Below, piece after piece: positions 1 to 10,895 of a DNA stretch of 64,000 nucleotides; the stretch's first letter is position 1; each line of letters begins with the position of its first letter. Source of the DNA: an uncultured delta proteobacterium (GTDB lineage: Bacteria > Desulfobacterota > Desulfobacteria > Desulfobacterales > JAHEIW01); assembly GCA_963706575.1 (NCBI GenBank), contig CAVPNL010000006.1:800001-864000 (forward strand), read 5' to 3'. The translations under genes and the position numbers were made by a program. The notes under the pieces are model-generated. The model was not told where the DNA came from and searched no databases. It was given only the letters and a program-made list of their open reading frames with translations.

Positions 1-288
1 GCTGCGGTCAATCTGAAAATTGGCAAATTGGCCGCGGTCGTGCCTGAAAGTCTGCGATTTTGTTTCGATGTGGCCGTCAAAGACACGCCGCTTGCGGGTG
101 CCAAACTGGTCATTGACGAAGTGCCGGTTGTCGCTAGTTGTAACGACTGCCATGCACGCTGGACGATTGACGAGCCTGTTTTTATCTGTAAAACATGTCA
201 GAGCGGTTCGCTGGAAATTCTTTCCGGACGTGAACTCGACATTGAATCCATAGAGGTCGTTGAAGAGGAAGAACATGATTCCGGGTGA
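1..288 (+). CDS. hypA: Hydrogenase maturation nickel metallochaperone HypA (5' end outside window)
   Basis: Frame is open from base 1. Has VVPESLRFCF, two CxxC zinc motifs (CNDC, CKTC) and the GRELDIESIEV C-terminus; overlaps hypB. Confidence 0.93.
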   Translation, partial: AAVNLKIGKLAAVVPESLRFCFDVAVKDTPLAGAKLVIDEVPVVASCNDCHARWTIDEPVFICKTCQSGSLEILSGRELDIESIEVVEEEEHDSG

Positions 289-1081
289 TGCCTTTAAAAT
301 AAAACGCTATTTTCATCATAAAGATTTTCACAAACCTCACCATTCCCGTGCAAACCACGCCCAGACCGATGTAAGCACCCAAAAGAGCGGAACGCGAGAG
401 ATCAAGGTCGTCCGCCGGGTTCTGGATGTAAACGAGAAGATGGCCGAACAAAACCGCCGGCTTTTTGCCGAAAAAGGCCTATTCGTGCTCAATGTCATGA
501 GTTCCCCGGGCTCGGGCAAAACCACCACCCTGCAAAAAACCCTTGCGCGGATTATGCCGGAAATAAAATGCGCGGTGATCGTCGGCGATATCTGCACCAC
601 CCACGATGCCGACCGCCTGGCGGAAACAGGCGCACCGGTGGTACAGATCAATACCGACGAGTTTGGCGGGGATTGTCACCTGGTTGCGCATGTGATTGAA
701 AAAGCAGCCGTCACACTGGATCTGGATGATATCGACTTTCTGGTGATTGAAAATGTGGGCAATCTCGTCTGCCCGGCCGAGTTTGATATCGGTGAGGATT
801 CACGCGTGGTGGTATTAAGTGTGACCGAGGGCGAAGACAAGCCGGTAAAATACCCGCTGATGTTTCGGGAATGTGAAGCGGCGCTTTTAAATAAGGTTGA
901 TTTGCTGCCCTATCTGGATTTCGAAAAAGAAAAAGCGCTCGATTACATCCACCAGGTTCATCCGGGCATGCCGGTTTTTGAAATTTCCGCCAAAACCGAA
1001 GAAGGCTTCGAGCCCTGGATCGAGTGGCTAAAAGGCAAGATTAAAGAAAAACAAAAAAAAATAGGTATTGGCTGCTGGTAA
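275..1081 (+). CDS. hypB: Hydrogenase nickel incorporation GTPase HypB
   Basis: His-rich N-terminus, Walker A SSPGSGKTT, CH motif, ENVGNLVCPAEF, SVTEGEDKPVKYP and NKVDL. Confidence 0.96.
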   Translation: MIPGDAFKIKRYFHHKDFHKPHHSRANHAQTDVSTQKSGTREIKVVRRVLDVNEKMAEQNRRLFAEKGLFVLNVMSSPGSGKTTTLQKTLARIMPEIKCAVIVGDICTTHDADRLAETGAPVVQINTDEFGGDCHLVAHVIEKAAVTLDLDDIDFLVIENVGNLVCPAEFDIGEDSRVVVLSVTEGEDKPVKYPLMFRECEAALLNKVDLLPYLDFEKEKALDYIHQVHPGMPVFEISAKTEEGFEPWIEWLKGKIKEKQKKIGIGCW

Positions 1082-1244
1082 TTAGGTATCGGGTATTAGT
1101 GCAGAATGGTTTTGAACTTTGGGTGGCATTTTTTCACCGGATATCAAAATAGTAATTCAGTCTAAGGCGTTTAATCTCAAATGCTGCCCTTATAAATAAC
1201 GAATACCCAATACCCAATACCTAATACCCAATCTCCAATACCCA
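1063..1244. repeat. Heptamer-periodic inverted repeat array (GGTATTG / CAATACC)
   Basis: Left arm ggtattg-gctgctg-gtaatta-ggtatcg-ggtatta; right arm aataccc-aataccc-aatacct-aataccc; lies between convergent hypB and nifS. Confidence 0.75.
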
Positions 1245-1250
1245 GCCAAG

Positions 1251-2426
1251 CTATCCTTCCATAGCTTGCTTCCAGAACGGCGACAGCTCTCTCAAGCGCT
1301 CGATAATGGGCGGCAATTTTTCCAGGATCACATCAATTTCATCTTCCGTACTATAACGGCTGAGGCTGAAGCGAATTGAGCCATGGGCCGCGGTAAAGGG
1401 GACTCCCATGGCACGCAAAACATGGGAGGGTTCCAGCGAGCCGCTGGTACAGGCGGAACCCGAAGACGCACAGATACCATATTCATTCATCATCAACAGG
1501 ATCGCTTCTCCTTCCACATATTCAAAGGCAACACTGGTGGTGTTCGGCAAACGGTTGGCCGGGTCGCCATTGATCAATGCATTGGACACCTTTTCCAGCA
1601 GGGTTTGCTCGAGTCGGTCCCGCAGTTGGCTGATGCGCTCATAACCATTTTCCGCCAGATGCGCAGCCGCCAATTCGGCGGCCTTGCCCAGGCCGACAAT
1701 TGATGCCGTATTTTCAGTGCCGCCGCGGCGGCCCTTTTCCTGATGACCGCCGATCATAAACGGTGAAAATTTGGTGCCTTTGCGGATGTACAGGGCGCCG
1801 ATTCCCTTGGGCGAATGAAACTTGTGGCCGGAAAGTGAGAGCATATCCACACCGGTTTCGCCGACATTGATGGGAAGTTTACCCACGGCCTGAACGGCAT
1901 CGGTATGAAACAAAATTCCCCGGCTTTTGACCTCCCGGGAGATTTCTTCGATGGGAAAAAGCACCCCGGTTTCGTTGTTGCCCCACATGAGGCTGACAAT
2001 TGCCGTATCATCGCTGAGGCTATCATATAGATAATCCATATCGAGCCGGCCGCTATGGTCAACCGGAACAAAGGTGGCCCGGTAGCCCTTTTTCGACAGG
2101 GCTTCATAAAGATTTTTTATCGCCGGGTGCTCGACTCTGGAAGTTACCAGATGCTTTTTAGCCGGATATGATTCGATGGCGGCGCGTATGGCGGTACCGT
2201 CACTTTCCGTACCGCAGCTGGTGAAAACAATCTCCTGAGGCGCGGCGCCAATCAGATTTGCCACATTTTCTCTGGCGATCTCAATTGCCCCGCCAACGTT
2301 TCCGCCAAAGGAATGCATACTGGATGGATTGCCGTAATTGGTGCTGAAATAGGGCAGCATGGCATCCAGCACTTCCGGCGCGACCATGGTCGTAGCGTTG
2401 TTATCGACATAAATCACTTTCATCAC
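1251..2426 (-). CDS. nifS: Cysteine desulfurase NifS/IscS (PLP-dependent)
   Basis: YVDNNATT, GNPSSMH, HTDAVQ, SGHKFH (PLP lysine) and SSGSACTSGSLEPSHVL (catalytic Cys). Confidence 0.96.
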   Translation of the reverse strand: MMKVIYVDNNATTMVAPEVLDAMLPYFSTNYGNPSSMHSFGGNVGGAIEIARENVANLIGAAPQEIVFTSCGTESDGTAIRAAIESYPAKKHLVTSRVEHPAIKNLYEALSKKGYRATFVPVDHSGRLDMDYLYDSLSDDTAIVSLMWGNNETGVLFPIEEISREVKSRGILFHTDAVQAVGKLPINVGETGVDMLSLSGHKFHSPKGIGALYIRKGTKFSPFMIGGHQEKGRRGGTENTASIVGLGKAAELAAAHLAENGYERISQLRDRLEQTLLEKVSNALINGDPANRLPNTTSVAFEYVEGEAILLMMNEYGICASSGSACTSGSLEPSHVLRAMGVPFTAAHGSIRFSLSRYSTEDEIDVILEKLPPIIERLRELSPFWKQAMEG

Positions 2427-3250
2427 TGTACCTCCTCGACCACCAGTTCCGGCGAAACCAGTTCGCGCAGGCGGGATTCGACATAATGTTTAAGCGTAAC
2501 CGGCGATTTGGCACATGCCGCACAGGAGCCGCCCAAACGCACCAGGACCCGATTGCCGTCGACGTCGATTAATTCAAGTCGGCCGGCATCCTTTTTCAGG
2601 GTCGGATTGATCTCGCGCTCGATACTTTCTTCAATCAATTTAATTTTTTGCAGATTGGTTAAAGCCGGGGTTTTTTTCTTAACCGGGCGGTCGGCGCCCA
2701 GGATCTCGTCGATGATCTCCTGGATGCGGTCATGGCAGTTGCCGCAGCCGCCGCCGGCTTTGACGTAGTCAGTAACATCATCAATGGTTGTCAGGTGATT
2801 CTCACGAACCACGCGTTCGATTTCTCGGTCGGTGATACCGAAGCATTCGCACACGATTTCTCCCTCGATCTTTTTTTCAGGTTCGTCGAGGTAACAGCTA
2901 ATGGCCTTTTCCAGCGCGTCACGGCCCATGACCGAGCAATGCATCTTTTCTTTCGGCAGACCGCCCAGAAAATCGGCGATGTCTTCATTGGTGATTTTTT
3001 GCGCTTCCTCCAGAGTCAGGCCTTTGACCATTTCGGTCAGCGCCGATGAAGACGCGATGGCGCTGGCACAGCCAAACGTCTGGAAGGTGGCGTCCTTAAT
3101 TTTTCCGTTTTCATCGAGCTTGAAATAAAACGTCAGCGCATCGCCGCAGGCGATGGATCCGACTTCTCCCACCCCATCCGCATCTTCCAATACGCCGACA
3201 TTGCGCGGGTTGAGAAAATGATCTTTTACTTTATCGGTGTACTCCCACAT
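2423..3250 (-). CDS. nifU: Fe-S cluster scaffold NifU (IscU + BFD-like [2Fe-2S] + Nfu domains)
   Basis: MWEYTDKVKDHFLNPRNVG, CGD, FGCASAIAS, KMHC, CECF, GGGCGNC and C-terminal CAAC; overlaps nifS. Confidence 0.96.
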   Translation of the reverse strand: MWEYTDKVKDHFLNPRNVGVLEDADGVGEVGSIACGDALTFYFKLDENGKIKDATFQTFGCASAIASSSALTEMVKGLTLEEAQKITNEDIADFLGGLPKEKMHCSVMGRDALEKAISCYLDEPEKKIEGEIVCECFGITDREIERVVRENHLTTIDDVTDYVKAGGGCGNCHDRIQEIIDEILGADRPVKKKTPALTNLQKIKLIEESIEREINPTLKKDAGRLELIDVDGNRVLVRLGGSCAACAKSPVTLKHYVESRLRELVSPELVVEEVQ

Positions 3251-3505
3251 GGTATCCTCCTGTTTGCTGTAAAACCACTTCTACAATAATTCGGCCAAAC
3301 ACATCCGGTCCGAAAAATGTTCACAACAATAATAATCATCTTTTTTTAAAAAAAAAGTCAACCGTTCAAAACAACAATCGCTTTTTGGGTACCGGTATAT
3401 GTAAATCGACATAGACAACCGCTTTTATTTTCTTTATACTCAAACCCAATACTCATCATCAATTAAGAGACCGATACAGGGTGCACAAAGCACAATCCAA
3501 ATTTG

Positions 3506-3652
3506 AGCGTCCCCTTTCAGGGGACTCGAGGAGCGGCTCTTCGAGCCTTGAAGACCGGCCTTGCGGCCTCGAGATTGGAAACAATCAACACTTCTTCTCA
3601 AGCGAAGCGCTCCTAAAGTGAAACACTCATCAAGCGCCAGCGCTCCTCACGC
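3506..3652. repeat. REP-like composite repeat (CGTCCC...GGACTCGAGGAGCG family), copy 1
   Basis: GGACTCGAGGAGCG at 3522-3535 is identical to 48041-48054. 3597-3628 is the reverse complement (30/32) of 48050-48081. Confidence 0.7.
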
Positions 3653-3678
3653 TTAGTTCTTTTTACGGGAGGTGAACC

Positions 3679-4539
3679 ATGAAATCCACAAAGCTCAGAA
3701 GAGCCGCTTTTGCGGGCAGCTGGTACCCTTCAAGTGCGGCTGAATGCGAAAAAGAAATCGAAGGGTTTCTGGCCGAGGGCAAAAAGATGGATTTTCCGGC
3801 CGGAGAGCGGGTGGGGGGCATCGTTCCGCATGCCGGCTGGTTTTTTTCGGGTAGTATCGCCTGCAATGTGATCCGCTGCTTGAAATCAGATGACCCCCCT
3901 GATGTATTCGTTGTTTTCGGGATGCATCTTCACCCGGATTCCCCTTGTGTAATGATGGCCGAAGGCGCATGGGAGACACCTTTCGGCGAAATTTGTGTTG
4001 ATGAGCAACTGGCCGGGGAACTGATAAAGCAATTTACCTTCACCCTCGAATCCCCGAACAGCTTTAGCCAGGACAATACCATCGAGCTGCAGCTCCCCTT
4101 TATCAAATATTTTTTCAACGAGGTGAAGATCGTTGCCATGGGTGTGCCGCCCGCCAAAAGCTCATTGGAAATCGGCCGGGCGGTCGTTGATATTGCCAAT
4201 CGTTTGAATTTACGAATTAAAGTGATTGGATCTACAGATTTGACGCATTATGGTCGTAATTATGGATTCGTATCTGAAGGAACAGGTCCACAGGCACTTG
4301 ATTGGGTGCGCAATCAAAACGATCGTCGTATAATCGATTTGATGCTGGACATGGATGCTGGAAAAGTGATCAGTGAAGCTTTGGCGAGCCAAAACGCGTG
4401 CTGTGCCGGCGCTGCGGCGACGGCAATCGAATCCGCGAAACACCTGGGGGCAGATCGGGCCGAATCCATTGCCTATGCCACAAGCCATGATAAAAGCCCG
4501 GGAGATAGTTTTGTGGGATACGTGGGGATTGTTTTTTAG
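3679..4539 (+). CDS. amrB: AmmeMemoRadiSam system protein B (MEMO1 family)
   Basis: RRAAFAGSWYP, IVPHAGWFFSG, WETPFG, ELQLPF, STDLTHYG and VGYVGIVF. Confidence 0.9.
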   Translation: MKSTKLRRAAFAGSWYPSSAAECEKEIEGFLAEGKKMDFPAGERVGGIVPHAGWFFSGSIACNVIRCLKSDDPPDVFVVFGMHLHPDSPCVMMAEGAWETPFGEICVDEQLAGELIKQFTFTLESPNSFSQDNTIELQLPFIKYFFNEVKIVAMGVPPAKSSLEIGRAVVDIANRLNLRIKVIGSTDLTHYGRNYGFVSEGTGPQALDWVRNQNDRRIIDLMLDMDAGKVISEALASQNACCAGAAATAIESAKHLGADRAESIAYATSHDKSPGDSFVGYVGIVF

Positions 4540-4554
4540 TTCAAATTCTAATGC

Positions 4555-4599
4555 AAAAGTGGCTTTTAAACCTTTGATGAGGGTATAAAAGCCACTTTT
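4555..4599. terminator. Terminator-like hairpin after amrB
   Basis: Perfect 14-bp stem AAAAGTGGCTTTTA / TAAAAGCCACTTTT. Confidence 0.55.
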
Positions 4600-5146
4600 A
4601 AAAATCATCGAGGTGGCAGCCGTTTAGACGCTTGAAACCTTCCCCCTTATTGGTCCACAATGTTAATTGAATCCGAGATCACCCCTATTTAGAAAACCAG
4701 ATCTGCTCTCCTCCTGTCGTTGCCGGTAATTCATTCCATGGTAATTGGAATGCAGCAAAGCACGACAATATTTCCAAGCTGAACGTCATGCACCACGGTT
4801 TCCGTCCTCTTGACCGAAAAAGACATGGCGCCGGTGATCTCGAAATGGACGATGGCAAGCAGACAGTGCCGGGAATTAAATGCGGTCTAGATCAAATCTT
4901 AACAGGCTGCCACCCCGAAATCGGATTATCAGGATTTGAGTTTATTGTATAGGGAATCACCCCCTCATCAGGCTAAATGGGTACCATAATTTAGTATTTA
5001 TTTCAATTTTTTGTTGAAAAAATCTATATAAAATATTCTGTAAATTTTAATTATCTGATTTAATTATAAAATATGGCCACGCCCTTCAGGTTTCACTCGC
5101 TAAATGATTACCCATTAAGACGAATCCAGATATGAAAAGCGATCCG

Positions 5147-6877
5147 TTACGTTTTGTGCTGCTGGGCCTTGAGTATTTTTGCCCAGGTATCCCGTAAGGT
5201 TACCGTGCGATTGAACACCAGGGACCCCTCTGTGGAATCCTTCGTATCCACACAAAAATATCCCAGACGTTCAAACTGATAGCGATTTCCGGGTCCGGAT
5301 GTGGCCAGGCTGGGTTCAACCATGCAATTTGTTAATTTTTTCAGTGAATTAGGGTTAATAACATCGGTAAAATCTTTTCCGTCTTCCACCTCGTTGGGAT
5401 TTTCTTTTAAAAAGAGATGCTCATAGAGGCGCACTTCAGCCGCTTGCGCATGAGATGCTGAAACCCAATGCAGCGTCCCTTTTACCTTGCGGCCGTCAGG
5501 CGCATCACCACCGCGGGTTTGGGGATCATAGGTACAGTGCAGCTCGATCACCTCTCCGGTTGCGGGGTCTTTGACGACATCGACACAGGTAATAAAGTAA
5601 GCATAGCGCAGCCGGACTTCCCGGCCCGGGGCTAACCGGAAAAACTTTTTGGGCGGTTCTTCCATAAAATCATCCTGTTCGATGTACAGCTCCCGGGAAA
5701 AGGGAATTTTGCGGGTGCCCATAGCCGGATCTTCCGGATTGTTTATGGCATCCAATTCTTCCACCTGCCCCTCGGGGTAATTGTCAATGATGACCTTCAA
5801 GGGCCTCAGCACACCCATTACCCGGGGGGTAATTTTGTTCAGATGTTCCCGGATGCAATATTCCAACAGGGCAATGTCCACCATGCTGTCGGCTTTGGCC
5901 ACCCCGATCCGTTCGCAGAAATTACGAATGGATTCAGGGGTATATCCCCGTCGCCGCAAGCCGGATATCGTCGGCATGCGCGGATCATCCCAGCTGTCTA
6001 AGTGGCCTTCTTCCACCAGGCGGATCAGCTTGCGCTTGCTGAGCACCGTATAGTTGAGATTGAGGCGCGCAAACTCGATTTGCTGTGGATGGTAGACTTC
6101 CAGCTGGTCCAGGACCCAGTCATAGAGTTCTCGATTGATTTCAAATTCCAGGGTACAAATCGAATGGGTGATTCCTTCGATCGAATCCGAGAGGCAGTGG
6201 GTAAAATCATACATGGGATAAATCACCCACATACCCGCGGTGCGATAATGGGGGACTTTCTTGATCCGATACAGGGTGGGATCGCGCATCAGCATATTGG
6301 GGGACGCCATGTCGATTTTGGCCCGCAGCACATGCTCGCCCTCTTTATATTCACCGGCCCGCATGCGTTCAAACAGATCCAGGTTTTCTTCGATCGTGCG
6401 CTTACGATAGGGACTGTTTTTACCGGGTTGCGTCAGGGTGCCGCGATATTCCCTGATCTGATCAGAGCTCAGGCTGTCTACGTAGGCCTTGCCTTTTTTG
6501 ATGAGCTGAACGGCAAATTCAAATAGTTGCTCAAAATAATCGGAGGCATAGTACTGGCGATCCTGCCAGTCAAATCCCAGCCAGCGAACGTCCCCCTTGA
6601 TGGATTCGACATATTCCACCTCTTCTTTGGCCGGGTCGGTATCATCAAAGCGCAGATTGCAAAGGCCGCCGTATTCTTTGGCCAGCCCGAAATTTAAGCA
6701 GATGGATTTCGCATGCCCGATGTGCAGATACCCGTTGGGTTCCGGCGGAAAGCGCGTATGGACCCGCCCGTCGTTTTTACCATTTTTAATGTCTTCATCG
6801 ATGATGTGCTTGATAAAATTCGGCGGCGGTGAAAATTCGCCTGCCGTCTTTGAGGATTTGGTGCTGGCTGATTTCAT
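5147..6877 (-). CDS. glnS: Glutamine--tRNA ligase
   Basis: [45 protein letters not shown] and YQFERLGYF. Confidence 0.97.
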   Translation of the reverse strand: MKSASTKSSKTAGEFSPPPNFIKHIIDEDIKNGKNDGRVHTRFPPEPNGYLHIGHAKSICLNFGLAKEYGGLCNLRFDDTDPAKEEVEYVESIKGDVRWLGFDWQDRQYYASDYFEQLFEFAVQLIKKGKAYVDSLSSDQIREYRGTLTQPGKNSPYRKRTIEENLDLFERMRAGEYKEGEHVLRAKIDMASPNMLMRDPTLYRIKKVPHYRTAGMWVIYPMYDFTHCLSDSIEGITHSICTLEFEINRELYDWVLDQLEVYHPQQIEFARLNLNYTVLSKRKLIRLVEEGHLDSWDDPRMPTISGLRRRGYTPESIRNFCERIGVAKADSMVDIALLEYCIREHLNKITPRVMGVLRPLKVIIDNYPEGQVEELDAINNPEDPAMGTRKIPFSRELYIEQDDFMEEPPKKFFRLAPGREVRLRYAYFITCVDVVKDPATGEVIELHCTYDPQTRGGDAPDGRKVKGTLHWVSASHAQAAEVRLYEHLFLKENPNEVEDGKDFTDVINPNSLKKLTNCMVEPSLATSGPGNRYQFERLGYFCVDTKDSTEGSLVFNRTVTLRDTWAKILKAQQHKT

Positions 6878-7331
6878 AATGCTTCTTCCTTAATAAGGAC
6901 AGTGGCTCATATTCGATAACAAATTAGAATGATTTTTTTATAAAATCAAACTATTTGAGAAATATCAACGGGTTTGACGCTAAAACGATCGTTTGTCCGA
7001 AAAAATAAGGGTAAAATTGGAGTGGTGGGCGCCATCTACGACGTTCATAACGACAGGGTGACATTCATTCAAAATGGGAAATGGCGTCGGTTCGCTATTT
7101 CAAGAAAATCTTCTGGCCTCTGGAAAGGCTGAGGTTGCCAAAGCCTTCAGGTCATGCCATAAATACCGCATCCATATATAATTGAGATCTCAGCGCAACG
7201 GTTCCGATATTTTGAGTTCACCGGTTGAGGGTTTATGCTTGCGATTATCCTGCACGGTAAGGTTTTAATCTTTAATCCTATATGCCAATGATTGATCTGA
7301 CTAACTTGGGAAGTTGATTCCGGAGGGTATT

Positions 7332-8615
7332 ATGAAAAAGTGGCTGACACTTCTTCTGGCTATCATTGTTTTCTTTACAGGGCAGACCGTTTTTGCTCAA
7401 GGCGTTCGGGTGGGTCCGGATGGTGAATTTTCACAGCAAACCCTCAAGCTGCCGTACGCTTTTTACAACGAAAATTTCGGGTTCGCCGGAGGATTCGTTT
7501 ATGGTAAAGTCGGCAGCCTTCAGAAGCAGGCCACCATTCTGACCACGGCCATGGTTGGCACCAAAGGGGGTATGGGTTTTCTGGTGGGCAAAGATATCCA
7601 GATGCCGCGCATCGAGCGCCTGTTTTTGGATCCCATCGTTTCTGTGGGCTACTTTAGCGACAGTAAGTCCTTTGTTAACGGCAACCCTGATTTTGCGAAT
7701 GAACGCGCCGGCAGCAATGACTCGGACGAGGACAACTATGTTGAAGGCGACGGCTGGGACAATTTTTTCCGACTCAAGTTCAAATATCTGCTTCCGGTCG
7801 GCAACGGCCGGGATGACATCATCACCACTATTAAAATGAAGGACGGACTCCCGATATCCGAACCCAAAGGCGGAACCTCCTTGAATCCATTCAAAAGCGG
7901 CCGGAGCTACCTGGAGATGCGGCCCTTTTACCGCTCCCAGGAGATCGACGGCGACGATGTCGATGAAACGGTAAAAACCAACGGCCTTGATTTATCACTG
8001 TTCTGGGACAACCGTGACTTTGACGCCAATCCTTCCAAGGGATTCGGCTTCCGGGGCAAGATGTCGCGTGATTTTGGCTGGCTTAACAGCTCGGATTCAT
8101 GGACCAACCTGGAAGGTGAGCTGGACGTCTACTTTCCGTTAAAAATGGGGAACTGGCTGCGCCAGGGGGTGCTGGCCCTCAATCACTGGACCTCCTATTC
8201 GCCGACCTGGAATAAGGAATCAGGCGGGGAGGTTACCAACCGGCCGCCGGCTTACACCGGCTCGACCCTGGGCGGTCTCTGGCGCATGCGCGGCTTCCCC
8301 TCACAACGCTTCAACGACAGGGCCGCCACCTATTACGCGGCGGAGCTGCGCTTGATTCCCGAATGGAATCCGTTTAACAACTGGCCGCGCGTTCAGAAAT
8401 ATGTGGGCATCAAATGGCTGCAGTTCGTGCCCTTTGTGGAAATCGGGCGGGTGGCTCCCGAGTGGAGTTTTTCACGGCTGCACTCGGACATGAAATGGGA
8501 TGCCGGTCTGGGAATCCGGGCCTTGGCGCAAGGCATCGTGATCCGCATCGACTCGGCCTATTCCAATGAAGGCGTCGGTGTCCAGATGATGATCTCCCAG
8601 CCCTTTCAATTCTAA
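7332..8615 (+). CDS. Omp85/BamA-TamA family outer-membrane beta-barrel without obvious POTRA domains
   Basis: Signal peptide, LGGLWRMRGF (variant of the VRGY lid motif), DAGLGIR and C-terminal QPFQF; GGAGG RBS. Confidence 0.75.
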   Translation: MKKWLTLLLAIIVFFTGQTVFAQGVRVGPDGEFSQQTLKLPYAFYNENFGFAGGFVYGKVGSLQKQATILTTAMVGTKGGMGFLVGKDIQMPRIERLFLDPIVSVGYFSDSKSFVNGNPDFANERAGSNDSDEDNYVEGDGWDNFFRLKFKYLLPVGNGRDDIITTIKMKDGLPISEPKGGTSLNPFKSGRSYLEMRPFYRSQEIDGDDVDETVKTNGLDLSLFWDNRDFDANPSKGFGFRGKMSRDFGWLNSSDSWTNLEGELDVYFPLKMGNWLRQGVLALNHWTSYSPTWNKESGGEVTNRPPAYTGSTLGGLWRMRGFPSQRFNDRAATYYAAELRLIPEWNPFNNWPRVQKYVGIKWLQFVPFVEIGRVAPEWSFSRLHSDMKWDAGLGIRALAQGIVIRIDSAYSNEGVGVQMMISQPFQF

Positions 8616-8717
8616 TTCTGTCAGAACTTTCCACAGCGCTTGATAAAGTATAGCGAAAACGTCCAGACACTTTTTGATTCTTATACGTTAACTGGAAAAT
8701 GGATTCGAAAGTGATAT

Positions 8718-10565
8718 ATGCTTTTTGTTCAATACCGCAGCGCACTTGAACGACTCCGATTCGTTTTGAAACCGGCCATCGCTTTTGATATCTGGACCAC
8801 CCTGATATTCATGGTTTCTTTTGTGCCGGCATCCGGATGGTTGTTGAACCGGCTGGTGGCCGTCAGCGGGCAATTTGCGGTCTCCGATAACGACTTGTTG
8901 GCATTTTTCCTATCACCTCAGGGCATTCTTTTCCTCATCCTCAGTGTTGGCTTCGTCCTTGCCTTCTGGTTTGCAGAACAGGCGGGATTGTTGATTATTG
9001 CTCTTAAGGCGGTTTTCGGGAAGGAGGTTCCCGTCAGCCTTGTTCTATGGGAACAAATTACGCGTTTGCCGGCATTGATTCGTCTCGGGTTGCTCCAGGC
9101 TGCAGGCTATTTAGCGGTAAGTATCCCATTCCTTTTGGGAATTGGGCTGGTCTACTGGCTGCTGCTGCGCGAATGGGATATCTACTATTACGTTAACGTC
9201 CAGCCTTTGAGTTGGTGGATTGCGCTGATCATCGCGGGGACGATATCAGCTGCCTACCTCGTGTTGGCTGCCTGGTTGTATATACGATGGCTGTTTTCTA
9301 TTCCCATCCTTGTCTTTGAGAACGCCACGCCTTACGGAGCGTTGAGAAAAAGCTGGCGGCAGACGCGGGGACGGTTTTGGGAATTCGCGGTGCCATTGGC
9401 GGCCTGGTGGGCGGCTGTATTCCTATTGTCTCTGGCCATGACGTGGCTGTTGAGATCTGCTGCCGCCCAACTGCTTGATCATATCGGCCTGACCCTGAAA
9501 ATTGTGGTCCCAGTTGTGGTCGGGACCCTGGCGCTTATGGCCTTCCTGGATATCATGTGGCTGATCATCGGTAAAATTGTGCACGTTATGCTGATGGCGA
9601 ACTTTTACCTCGAAACAACGGAAGGGAAGCAAAAGACGAGCACATCGACCCCTTCAGTTGGAATACTTTCACCCAGGGCCTTAAAAAGAATCGGCTGGCT
9701 GATTGCCGGTGTGGTGCTGATTATGGGGATCGCCACCGGAGCCGCTTTTATTCATGGCCTCAAGATCAATCGCGCAATTGAGATCACGGGCCACCGCGGC
9801 AGCAAAGTCAGCGCCCCGGAAAATACCTTGAGTGCACTGCGCCAGGCGATTGCCGAAGGCGCCGACTATGCTGAAATCGATGTGCAGACCACCGCGGACG
9901 GTGTGGTGGTGCTCTTGCATGATGCCGATCTCATGCGGGTGGCATCAATTCGCCGAAGGCTGAGGGACATCAACTATCGCGAATTGAAAGACATCGATGT
10001 CGGCAGCTGGTTTGCACCGGAATTCAGCAGCGAACGCATACCCACACTTCAGGAAGCCATCGATCTTGCCCGGGGTCGCATCAAGCTGAACATTGAACTG
10101 AAATTCACCTGGCCGGATCCGGCGCTTACCCAGGAAGTCGCAAACATTATCCGGCAAAATGGATTTTCTGGTGATTGTGTGGTCAGTTCACTGAATTTTC
10201 AGGCGTTGACGGAAATCAAACAGGCATTTCCGGAACTCATCACCGGTTTCATCGTATTCAAAGTCGCCGGGAACCTGCTTAGGATGGAAGCGGATTTTCT
10301 GAGCCTCAATGCTGCCAGAGCCAAACCCAGGCTCGTGAGGCAATTGCACCGCCGCGGTAGAGCGGTTCACGTCTGGACGGTCAATGATTTCAACAACGTC
10401 ATTTCGATGATTGAGGTGGGGGTGGACAACATCATAACGGATTCCCCTCGGGAGGTGCGGCGTTATTTGGAAACATGGAATACGCTATCCGGTGGTGAGA
10501 AAATCGTACTGATGCTGAGAAACCTCATCGTGGGGCTTGAAAACCCCCAGCCATCGGAGCTTTGA
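8718..10565 (+). CDS. Glycerophosphodiester phosphodiesterase with N-terminal multi-TM membrane domain
   Basis: About 7 hydrophobic segments, then GHRG, PENT, EIDVQ, HD, NIELK, VWTVN and GVDNIITD. Confidence 0.9.
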   Translation: MLFVQYRSALERLRFVLKPAIAFDIWTTLIFMVSFVPASGWLLNRLVAVSGQFAVSDNDLLAFFLSPQGILFLILSVGFVLAFWFAEQAGLLIIALKAVFGKEVPVSLVLWEQITRLPALIRLGLLQAAGYLAVSIPFLLGIGLVYWLLLREWDIYYYVNVQPLSWWIALIIAGTISAAYLVLAAWLYIRWLFSIPILVFENATPYGALRKSWRQTRGRFWEFAVPLAAWWAAVFLLSLAMTWLLRSAAAQLLDHIGLTLKIVVPVVVGTLALMAFLDIMWLIIGKIVHVMLMANFYLETTEGKQKTSTSTPSVGILSPRALKRIGWLIAGVVLIMGIATGAAFIHGLKINRAIEITGHRGSKVSAPENTLSALRQAIAEGADYAEIDVQTTADGVVVLLHDADLMRVASIRRRLRDINYRELKDIDVGSWFAPEFSSERIPTLQEAIDLARGRIKLNIELKFTWPDPALTQEVANIIRQNGFSGDCVVSSLNFQALTEIKQAFPELITGFIVFKVAGNLLRMEADFLSLNAARAKPRLVRQLHRRGRAVHVWTVNDFNNVISMIEVGVDNIITDSPREVRRYLETWNTLSGGEKIVLMLRNLIVGLENPQPSEL

Positions 10566-10582
10566 CAAACCGGGAGGCCAAA

Positions 10583-10756
10583 ATGAGCGAGAATATGAAT
10601 AAAACAAGTACTACCAATGAGCTGGCCTGCGAACGCAACCGGCCAGCCGCCGACCGAACGCTGATGGCCTGGCTTCGCACGGCCCTCGCCATGCTCGGCT
10701 TTGGCTTTGGCATCCGAACATTTCCTGAGAAGAACAAACTCTGCAGCGGAACCTGA
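10583..10756 (+). pseudogene. Truncated YidH/DUF202 membrane protein
   Basis: NELACERNRPAADRTLMAWLRTALAMLGFGFGI matches the DUF202 N-terminus, but the frame stops after one TM segment. Confidence 0.7.
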
Positions 10757-10895
10757 TCTGAGATTTTGAAACCACTTCTATTCAACTAATCAACTATTTA
10801 ACTTATACCCTCTGACACCTAAGATAAAATCGTGTTTTGCAAATTATTTGCAGGAGGCAGCACCATATCCCGGCTTCTTGATAACCTTTTTGACC

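Noticed and set aside
1251..3250. nifU-nifS as evidence of nitrogen fixation
   Set aside because: No nifHDK in the window; the NIF-type pair is the housekeeping Fe-S system in many anaerobes.
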